From sequence record OR770614.1: a DNA stretch of 64,000 nt. One strand, given 5' to 3'. The position numbers and the translations under genes were made by a program. This document shows positions 11,001 to 20,585 of this stretch, one piece after another. Numbering within the stretch: position 1 is the first letter of the stretch; each line of letters opens with the position of its first letter. This DNA is from Staphylococcus phage vB_StaM_PB50. A model generated the notes under the pieces. The model had not been told where the DNA came from. It made no database searches and saw only the letters and a program-made list of their open reading frames with translations.

Positions 11001-11023
11001 GACTTTTAGAAGAATTAAAATAA
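5099..11023 (+). CDS. giant virion protein (tape-measure-like or ejection protein) with glycine-rich hydrophobic segment, M23 peptidase domain and SGNH/GDSL-like hydrolase region
   Basis: 1974-aa ORF; the ATG at 5117 with upstream 'ggtggtga' is a possible alternative start. M23 signature '[22 protein letters not shown]...[41 protein letters not shown]'. '[15 protein letters not shown]...GLNGGL' resembles an SGNH hydrolase. Gly-rich hydrophobic stretch '[27 protein letters not shown]'. Shares blocks with the next gene. Confidence 0.65.
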   Translation: [1974 protein letters not shown]

Positions 11024-11044
11024 AAAGAGTGGTGAGAATAAAAA

Positions 11045-14000
11045 TTGGCTAAAGATAAATTTAATAATAAGAAATTAGAAAGAGAGTTCAATAGGAACTC
11101 CTCTTCTAATTCTTCTAGAAAATACATTGATAATGAATTCAAAAAGAATTTGAATAACATGAAATCAAACAATATGAAAAAACTTATTGATAACAATAAT
11201 CCTTTAAAAGCTATCAAAGAAGTTAAAGATAATAGAAAAGAACAATTTAAGAAGTTAACTGAAACTGGGAAAGATTTATCTAAAGAAGCTCTTAAAAGTA
11301 CTAAAAGAACTTTAAAAACTGGTGAAACGATCATAGATAAAGGAGCTTTAAATAAATCATCCAATTTAGATGGCGGAACAATGGATATGGGCGATGATTT
11401 TGATTTCAGTAGCTTTGATGATTTTGATATGAGTGATGAAAATTCAGATAATGATGAAATAGGAGATTTTTCTTTCGATGATTTTGATGAAGAAGAAAGT
11501 AATAAATCTGAAGTCATTTCATCAACAACAGTAATTAATGATAATTCATCTTCAGCTAAATCTTCTGCTCTTTTAACTTCTTCTATATCTAATTTATCTC
11601 AAATTAATGCCACAGGTTTTAATAATTTAATGGAAACTCTTCATTACATGAGAGAAACTAATGATAATGTTAGAGAGAATTTATTTGAAGGATTAACAGG
11701 TTTAATCAAAACTAGTAATGATATTAGAAATAATACATCTGTAAAAAATATAAGTGAAATTAAAAATAGTAATTCTTTAGAAGATTTGTTCTTATCTAAT
11801 ATAACTCTTTCTAATATACTAAGTGGTAGTAAAGAAGATAGTTTTAAAGATAAAGCTAAAGACTTTGCTAAAAAACAAGGTATTGAATTAGTTAAAGATA
11901 TTATTGAGAGTAGGACCAAAGGCATACAAGGTGGACTTTTAGACAGTGCTAAAGGTAAAGCTTTTGATATAATAAACAGTGATAAAATTAGTGAAAAGCT
12001 AACAAATATGTCAACGGTATTTACTAAAGATGAAAATAAAGAAGATAAGAAGAAAACTAATCGTGATTTCATAGATAAACAGAAAAGCAAACTTATAGAT
12101 AAATTATTTAATAATATCGATGGTGGAATTTCAACAGCAAATAAAAAGAATAAAAATGAAAGAGTAGCTTTTGATGTTGAAACACATAGTACTATTAATA
12201 CAGTTATTCCTGGTTATTTATCTAAAATAGTTGGTTTAACTTCTGAAGATGGTCAAGAAATTCATTATGACTATGATTCAGGATCTTTTAAAACATCTAA
12301 AACTATTAATGATGAAATTAAAAAATCTATAGATAAAACTATTGAAAATTCTGAATTCTTCAAAAGAGTTGAAAGTAAAGCTAAAGATAAAAATATAGAC
12401 TCTAAAGATTATAAATCATTAGTAAAAAATATTATTAGTGAAAATGTTAATAGTTCTAAAGATAGTGATAAAGTTAAAACTAAGTCATCTAATGTAAATA
12501 GTCTTTTAGAAGAGCTATTTGAAGATAAAGAAGTAAAAACTAGTTTAACTAAAGCTAGAATGCAATTGAATCAAAAATCTAAATCAATTAGAAAAAATCT
12601 TGGTGGAAGTACTATAAATGCAGTTAATGATAAAGGTCAAAAACCTAAGTCATATGCTTCTAAAGGTAACAATGAATTTTCTGACATTAATTTTAATATT
12701 ATCAATAGCGATATAAGTGAAATTAAAAATATTGTATCTAGAATAAATGATAAACTAGATGTAAGAAAAAATAATCAACAATCTTCACAAAATAATAATA
12801 TTGTATCTGGAGATAGTCAAAAACAAGATAGTAAATTTAATGAAATTAAAGAAAAATTGGATGACATTAAAGATACTAAGTCTTCTAATTCTTCTAATAA
12901 TGGAAATAATTTAAATAATAGAGATGAACAAAAATCTACTTTGATTCCAGATAATAATGAAGCTCATGCTTCTGAAGTAAATAAACAACAAGAAGAAAAA
13001 GAAGATAATCCATTAAAAGATGAAATTAAAGATAAAATAGAAGAAAAAGCTAAAGATAAAATTAAAGATATTGATAAAGATAAACTTAAAAGAAAAGTAT
13101 TAGATAGTAAAATAGCTAATACTAAAATTGGTAAAAAAGCTATAGGTGCTGGTGGATCAGTTGCCGGTAAAGTTGCTGCTAGTGGAGCTTTGTTTTCTGG
13201 TGCTGGAAGAGAATTACGTTCTAAACTAAGAAATAAAGCTAAAGGTAAATTTGGTGCAAGTAAAGCTGGAAGTAAATTAATGAGATCTAAAGCCGGTAAA
13301 GGTATAGTTAAAGCTGGTTTGAAAGTAGGTTCAAGAGTAGGATTGGCTGCAACTGGTGTAGGGTTACCTTTATCTATATTATTGTCTGCTCCTGAAATAA
13401 TGAGTACTATAGCACATCCGATTGAATCTCTTAAACATCCAATTAAAACTTTAGGAAGTTTTATAGGTTTTAATGATCACCCTGCAAAACAGAAAAAAGA
13501 ACAAGAAAAATTAGATTCCGAACAACCTAATGGCGAAAATGCTAAATTTGGTGTTGATCCTTTAGTTGATTCTAAATTAACTGGTGATAAAGATAGTTCT
13601 TCATTAATTGGAGGTTTTATCAAAGATAATCCTCTATTAGCTCAAGTTCCGTTAATGGGATTAGCTGGAGTTGGGCTTTATAAAGGAATTGTAAAACCTG
13701 CTTTTGGTCTAGGTATGAATATGGTACAGAAAACTACTGGAATGGCTAAAGGATTTGGTGATTCTGCTGATAGCATGATGGAAGAAAAATCTAACGGTTT
13801 TGGTGGTTTAATTAAAAAAGCTGTAGGTGGAGCTTCAATGTTATTAATGGCACCTTTAGCTATGGCTGGAAAAGGAATTAGTACTATGGTTGGAGCTACT
13901 TCTAATCTTATTCAAGTTGGATTAAGTTTAACTAAAAATTTAACAGGATTCATTTATGACAAATTCCTTTCTCATGAAGAAGAAATGTCTGAGCAAAGTC

Positions 14001-16759
14001 GTGAAATGGTGGAAGCTAGTAAAGAAGAATTAGGTTCTTATCAAGAAGGTATTGAAGATCATGCATCTGAAAGAGCTAAGAAAGAAATGGCTGAAATGCA
14101 AGGAATGTCTGATAAAGCTAGTAAGGATGCTAAAAAACAAGTAGAAGATTCAACTAATAAAACTAAAGATAATATCGAGAAAGATGTTAATGGAGTAATG
14201 AAAAATTCTCCTTTATCTATCATGGGTAAAATTAGTGAAAAAATGCATAAAATGATGCCTAATAATTTAATGAGTAAACTTAAAAAAGCTCCTAAAAAAT
14301 TGGCTGAAACTATGTTAAGATTGTCTCCTTTCTATTCTTTATTAAGTAAGAAGAAAAAGAAAAAATCTAAAAAAGATATAACTGATCCTGATGGTGAAGT
14401 AGTAAACAAAATTGGTGATTGGTTTGATAAACTTGGCGGAATGATGAATGATATTATGGCAGGATTCATGGCCGGTTCATCAGGAAGTTCTTCTTCAGAA
14501 GGATCATCTGAAGGAGGAGCAGAAAGTGTTGACGGTAAAGATGTTGCATCTAAAGTATGGAATTTCTTTGCTGAAAAAGGGTTAGAAGATCATCAGATAG
14601 CAGGTATATTAGGTAACTTTGAACGTGAATCTAAAATGGATCCTGGTGCTGAACAAAACTCTGGTTGGGTCGGAGGTAAAGGACTAGCTCAATGGGATGA
14701 CCGTAAAGATAAACTTAAAGCATTTGCTGAAAAGAAAGGTAAGAAATGGTCTGACCTTGATGCTCAATTAGACTTCATGTGGTATGAACTTCAAGGATCT
14801 GAATCTGCTGCTTGGTCTGCTATTAAGAAAGCTAAGAATGTTGATGAAGCAACAGTTGTATGGGAGAATTTGTATGAACGTGCAGGAGTTAAAGTTATTC
14901 CTGAAAGACAATCAAACGCTAAAAAATGGTTAGATAAACTAGGGGGTTCATCTAAGAAATCCACTAAAGCTAAAGGTGGAGGATCTAGCACTGTTTATAG
15001 TGATACGAACGTTAATCAATTTGCAAATATGGTATCATCTACATCTAATAAAAATAAAAAAGTTGGAAAAACTGGTTTAGTTTTAGAAAAACCTACTATT
15101 ACTGGTGGAGTTTATGGTAAAGGTGGAGGATCCGGTGGATCTGAAAAAGATAAAATTAAACAAGCAGTACAATGGGCAATAGCTCAAGATGGTGCAAAAT
15201 ACTCTCAGTCAAATAGACAAGGTAAAAATTCATTTGACTGTTCTAGTTTAATTGCTCGTTCATTCAAAAAAGCTGGTTTAGAAATGGATATCAACGCTAC
15301 CACTTTTACTTTTAGAGATGGTGGTACTAAATTTAGAAAAATAAGTAAAGGTACTAAGAAAAAAATTGGTGATATTACTTTATGTGATAACGATAACCAT
15401 GTTACTATGTATATAGGTGGAGGAAAACAAGTTGAATCATATTATGGTCATGGTGTTGCTGTAACTCCTGCAAATAAATACCAAAAAATGGGATTACAAA
15501 TTGGTATTACAATGAGATATGGCGGCGGTGGTCCTGATGATACAGGTAAACCTCTAGATGGTAGTGATAAAATAGATGGAAGCGATAATGAAGGAGGAGA
15601 CTCTAACGGTTCTTCTGCTGGAGCTTCTGAATATAGTTTCAAAAATGGTACTTGGTACGGTTCTATTACTGGTAGAGATGATAACCGTATGGATGAAGAA
15701 GAACAAGAAGCTTTAAATGATAGATTAATGAAACGTTATGCTAGAATTTATGGAATTGACTATGAAGAAGCTAAGAAAATAGATGAAGAACAACAGGCTG
15801 AACTTAAAGCTAAAGCAGGTAAGGAAGCTACTGAATCTGGAGCTTCAAGTGGATCAAGTTCATCATCTGACGGTTCAGAAGGATCATCTGGTAAAGATGG
15901 TTCTGATGGAAAAGATGGTAAAGACGGTTCATCATCTTCATATAGTTCTGGAGCTGATGGTGACAATCAATCATCTTCAGGAAGTCAAGGAAATGTTAAT
16001 AATAACCAAAATAATTCTAGTATAATTAATAATGGAGGAAACAATAGCTCTACAGTTATTAATAATAATTATAATAATGGTAGACCTACAACTAATAATA
16101 ATTCCATTACAAATCAAACTATACAAGGCAACAATAATACAGTAAGAAATATCTATAATATTACTAATAATTATAATAATTCTAAAGTAAATTATGAAAA
16201 TAAAGGACCTATGAAAGTAGATCCACAAAAACGTATGGATTTAGATAATATAATTAAACATACAAGTAATATTGATAAAAATACTGCCAAAATGTTAGAA
16301 CAACTTAAAGATATGTCCTTTAAAGGTAAAAATATTAATAAAGATGGAAATACAACAAATATTTCTAATACTATTATTAATAATAAAGGCGATTTAGTAG
16401 ATTCTAAAGGTAATGTAATTATTAAAGATATTCAAAAAGAGCTTGAAAAAATTATTAAAGAAAATCCTAATATTATTAATAATGGTCAAAATGGTTCTAA
16501 TGGATCTAATGGTTCTAATGGAAATAGTAACAATAATAATGGAAATGATAATCAATCAAATCATAATAATCCTAATGATCCAAACAATTCTAATAATCCA
16601 AATAATCCTAATGATCCAAATAATCCTTATACTCCTGATGGTTCAAGTCAAGATCCATCTACAGGTAATCAGGATTTACAAGAAGCAATTAGAGATTCTT
16701 ATGGAGATAGATTTGTTATTGATGTTAGACCAGCTATACCTGTTTTCTCAGGAAAATAA
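11045..16759 (+). CDS. giant virion protein paralogous to the upstream gene, with tail-lysozyme-like (lytic transglycosylase-like) and NlpC/P60 peptidase domains
   Basis: 1904-aa ORF with probable TTG start after the RBS 'agagtggtgag'. '[55 protein letters not shown]...LDFMWYEL' matches phage tail lysozyme-like domains. '[20 protein letters not shown]...[20 protein letters not shown]' matches NlpC/P60 (Cys...His). Gly-rich hydrophobic segment '[22 protein letters not shown]'. Confidence 0.65.
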   Translation: [1904 protein letters not shown]

Positions 16760-16799
16760 TATTTTGATGCAACATAAATTTATAGTAAATAAATTAAAT

Positions 16800-16848
16800 T
16801 GGGGATATGACATTTATTATGTGTCATATCCTCTTTATTATTTAAAAG
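16800..16848 (+). terminator. rho-independent terminator
   Basis: Hairpin 'ggatatgacatttattatgtgtcatatcc' followed by 'tctttattattt', just after the stop of the 1904-aa gene. Confidence 0.55.
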
Positions 16849-16861
16849 GAAGTGAAATAAA

Positions 16862-18337
16862 TTGGCTGAAGAAAAAGATAAAAAAGAGTCTAAAGAACAA
16901 GAACCTTTAAAAGTTGCTGACAATGATATGGCTTTAATACCTCAAGCTGATGAGAAAAAAGGTGATTATGACTATCATGAATATGATCCTACTCAAAAAG
17001 ATACTGGTGCTTTTATGGATGCTTTAGGTAATCAAAGACAAGCAACTGAATATTTAACAGATAAAAATGCTAAAGATAAAAAACAATTAAGAAATGTTAA
17101 AGGTGAACTAGATGTATTTGGAATGCCTATGTACTATTCTAGTTTAGATGATCCTAATAGAAGAATATATAAAAGAACATTTGAATTAGATTTACCTTTA
17201 GTATTTATAATGCCAGGTATGCCTAAATTAAATGGTAAATTATTTGGTAAACCAGGAGAAGGTAAATTATGGAGTTTTGGTGAAGGAATGGATAGATTAG
17301 TAAACTCTGGTTTATCTTTAGTTGGTATCGGTAATACTAAAGATGGTCGTATGATAAGCTTTGAACCTAAAATGGCCGAATATTATAAATATGTACAGAC
17401 TATGGCTTCTCAAGTTCATGCATCAATGGGATTAAAAGGGTCATTTGATCTAGGTGGATCTTTACAAGATGATAAAAACTATGGACTAGCTTACTATGCA
17501 GATAAATCAACTAGTATATCAGAATCTGCAATGCATGAATATAATCAATCTGATATTGCTTCTCAAGTTAATAATAAAAACCAAGAAATACGAGAACAAA
17601 AAGAAATGGCTCGTATTGGAGGAGCTTCTATCTTAGGTAAAATTACTAGAACTATTAAAGATAGTATTAATGATATGGTAGCAAATATGCCAGTTATTGG
17701 TGGTATTGTAGGTAACTTTATGGAACATCTAGATGGTGCATCAATGTATTATCCCGATGTTTGGATGAACTCTACATTCGATAGAACTTATAATTTAGAA
17801 TTTAAATTCTATAGTGCTTATGGAGATCCACAATCTATATTTGACAATGTATATTTACCATTTCTTTCATTATTAGTATTAGCTTTACCTTTACAAGATT
17901 CAATATTCTCTTATAAGCAACCGTTTATTATCAGAGCTAATTGTCCTGGTAGATTTGAATGTAATACAGGTATAATAACTTCAATGAATATAGTTCGTGG
18001 AGAAGAGGGTACATGGACTGCAGATGGTTTCCCAAGAGAAATTACTGTATCTATTAATATTAGAGATATGTATCCAAACTTAATGGCTTCTAAATCATTC
18101 CAAAGAATGAAATTTAATACAGGATTATTATCTTATATTGATTGCTTAGCCGGAATTAGAAGGGATCAACTATCTATTATTGATAAAGCTCAAATTAATA
18201 TGAAAACTCAATACTCTAGAAGTATGCAAGTGATTAAAGGAAGAGTATTTCAACAACAAATTGATGATGCAATCTATGGATATAAATCCCAATATAATCC
18301 TCATCCAGGTAATCCGGGATTGAATATGTTTACTTAA
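16862..18337 (+). CDS. hypothetical virion structural protein (position consistent with a distal tail or baseplate component)
   Basis: 491-aa ORF with TTG start after 'aaaggaag'. Lies directly downstream of the tape-measure-like genes. No diagnostic motif. Confidence 0.45.
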   Translation: MAEEKDKKESKEQEPLKVADNDMALIPQADEKKGDYDYHEYDPTQKDTGAFMDALGNQRQATEYLTDKNAKDKKQLRNVKGELDVFGMPMYYSSLDDPNRRIYKRTFELDLPLVFIMPGMPKLNGKLFGKPGEGKLWSFGEGMDRLVNSGLSLVGIGNTKDGRMISFEPKMAEYYKYVQTMASQVHASMGLKGSFDLGGSLQDDKNYGLAYYADKSTSISESAMHEYNQSDIASQVNNKNQEIREQKEMARIGGASILGKITRTIKDSINDMVANMPVIGGIVGNFMEHLDGASMYYPDVWMNSTFDRTYNLEFKFYSAYGDPQSIFDNVYLPFLSLLVLALPLQDSIFSYKQPFIIRANCPGRFECNTGIITSMNIVRGEEGTWTADGFPREITVSINIRDMYPNLMASKSFQRMKFNTGLLSYIDCLAGIRRDQLSIIDKAQINMKTQYSRSMQVIKGRVFQQQIDDAIYGYKSQYNPHPGNPGLNMFT

Positions 18338-18371
18338 TTTAAAATTAACATAACTGAAAGGAATTAAAATT

Positions 18372-20534
18372 ATGAAATTATATAGAATAGAAGAATTAAT
18401 TGATAAACACAATTCTGGAGATATTGTAATAACTAAAATTAAAGATAATGAAAATAAAACTTTAATCGAAACTAAAACAAAGAAAAGTGATAAATTAATA
18501 TTAAGAATTGAATCTAATTCTGAAGAATATAAAAAATTTACATTTAATGAAGATAATACACTTGATATTTCAAAATCAGAAGATTATATCAAAAGTGAAT
18601 ATGGTTTAGAGAATCCAACTTTTAGATTAGAGGATATTTCTTCAGATATTTTAGTATATGAAGAAAGACCTTATGAAATTATTGGTGAATTAAAATATGA
18701 CTTATTTACTATATTCTATAATTATTTAGGTAAAACAGAGAGAATTTATGACACAAACTTCATAGGGAATATAGAATATGAAGATTTGTCTTTTAATAGT
18801 ATAGAAAGAAAGGAAGTGAAAATCGAACCTTACCCACCAATATACCAAGATAATAGAAAGTATCCTAAAGATTATGCTTATAATCGTAAAGTATTAAAAG
18901 AATCTGAAATTATAGATGGTTTAATACATGAAGGGTTATTAGATGATGGTAGGATATTTTATGATGCATATCTAGGTGATATATATAAAACAAGGGAAAG
19001 TAACTTTGATGGAGCTTATAAAAGAAAATCAGGATATGATAGATTTCTTGGAGAAGGTTATGTAACTATTGAGGATGGAATATTGGAAATGAACATTTAT
19101 ATTCCTAATTCTTCTTATTATGAAATTAGATGTAAAAATGGAAACCATTTTAGTAATGGTACAGTGAACAAAGTATTTGTAGATAATGTAGGGTACTATT
19201 TTAGATCTCCGACAGATAGGGAATTTATATGGAATAGATCTATATTAGAATTTTATAGAGATTCAGAAAATGAATTTTATGAAGAAGTACCATTGTATTT
19301 GGAAAAAGGAAAACATACGTTTAAATTTGAATACGATAAAAAATTCTCTACTAAAAATAATGATATAGATATTCTTATACTTCAAGAGACTGAAGTTCCT
19401 GAATCCAAAAATCCTTTTTATATTAAAACTTATAATAACTTTAAGATTGGTACTCGTACTATAATTCCAATGAGTGATTTTTATGTAGATAATGATTCAT
19501 TAAATATGGGTACTGGAAATATTTTAGAAACTGTAAAGATAGATGGTAAATTAACTTCTATTGATGAAGTTAATAGAATGAACAATAAATTTACAATTTT
19601 AACAGGTACACTTAAAAATGAAATCAAATTAACTGAATCCGGAATGTACACATTCAATTTACTGTTTAGAAGAAAAAATAGGAATGAAGTTAATAATAAA
19701 AAAGAAGAAGCAATAATTAGTATAAATGGTAAAAATTACTTAGCTAAAGTATATGGAGATCATAATGATTTATGTACATTATCTTTATATAAGAGAAATA
19801 CTGATATAGGTATAGATGATCGTATTAAAGAAGTATATCTGAAAAAAGAAAATGAAATTAAAATAACAGTGTCTGATGAAAATAATTTTTTATTTGACTC
19901 ATTGATAATAAATTCAAATACCATTGAAAAACATTCAGATGTCAATCCAAAAGCATTATTATACCCTAATCTTAAAGATCACTATTTCATATTTAAGGAT
20001 TATGTAGAAACAAATAATGATGATGAATTAAATAATATTGATGGTGAAAAATCAAGATCATTTAGAAGTATTAGTGAATATATAGATACTGAAGATAATA
20101 TTGAGTTTTATATAGAAAAACCTCCTATATATTATGCTATTAATGAATTTGATTATAACACTAGAAAATTAGAATTCGATATTAGATATAAAAATCCAAT
20201 ACAGAATTTAGATATTTCTTTCCCAATAAAGTCTCATTATTTACCTAAAATTTTAATGATACATGATGATATGCAATTTGATAGATATATGATATTTAAA
20301 CCTTATGTATTTGAATCCATTAAATATCTGAGTCAGGATTATTCTTATGAGGGTTATATTAGCAAATTTAATAAGTATGACGCTAAATTAGTTCCACTAC
20401 AGAATTTTACTGAAAGTGAAATTGGTGAAACAATATACGATCTTGGAGAAAATTGGAAAGATAGATTATTGAATGAAACTGAGAATTTAGATATTATAAC
20501 ATTATGTCACATATATTCTAGAATAAATTATTAA
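18372..20534 (+). CDS. hypothetical protein (possible baseplate/tail component)
   Basis: 720-aa ORF with ATG after 'aaaggaat'. Synteny only. Confidence 0.45.
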   Translation: MKLYRIEELIDKHNSGDIVITKIKDNENKTLIETKTKKSDKLILRIESNSEEYKKFTFNEDNTLDISKSEDYIKSEYGLENPTFRLEDISSDILVYEERPYEIIGELKYDLFTIFYNYLGKTERIYDTNFIGNIEYEDLSFNSIERKEVKIEPYPPIYQDNRKYPKDYAYNRKVLKESEIIDGLIHEGLLDDGRIFYDAYLGDIYKTRESNFDGAYKRKSGYDRFLGEGYVTIEDGILEMNIYIPNSSYYEIRCKNGNHFSNGTVNKVFVDNVGYYFRSPTDREFIWNRSILEFYRDSENEFYEEVPLYLEKGKHTFKFEYDKKFSTKNNDIDILILQETEVPESKNPFYIKTYNNFKIGTRTIIPMSDFYVDNDSLNMGTGNILETVKIDGKLTSIDEVNRMNNKFTILTGTLKNEIKLTESGMYTFNLLFRRKNRNEVNNKKEEAIISINGKNYLAKVYGDHNDLCTLSLYKRNTDIGIDDRIKEVYLKKENEIKITVSDENNFLFDSLIINSNTIEKHSDVNPKALLYPNLKDHYFIFKDYVETNNDDELNNIDGEKSRSFRSISEYIDTEDNIEFYIEKPPIYYAINEFDYNTRKLEFDIRYKNPIQNLDISFPIKSHYLPKILMIHDDMQFDRYMIFKPYVFESIKYLSQDYSYEGYISKFNKYDAKLVPLQNFTESEIGETIYDLGENWKDRLLNETENLDIITLCHIYSRINY

Positions 20535-20537
20535 AAT

Positions 20538-20578
20538 ATATCCCCTAACACATTTATTTGTGTTAGGGGATTTTTATT
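20538..20578. terminator. bidirectional rho-independent terminator (stem 'CCCCTAACACA/TGTGTTAGGGG')
   Basis: Perfect inverted repeat flanked by T-runs on both strands, between convergent genes ending at 20534 (+) and 20586 (-). Confidence 0.65.
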
Positions 20579-20585
20579 GCTAAAA

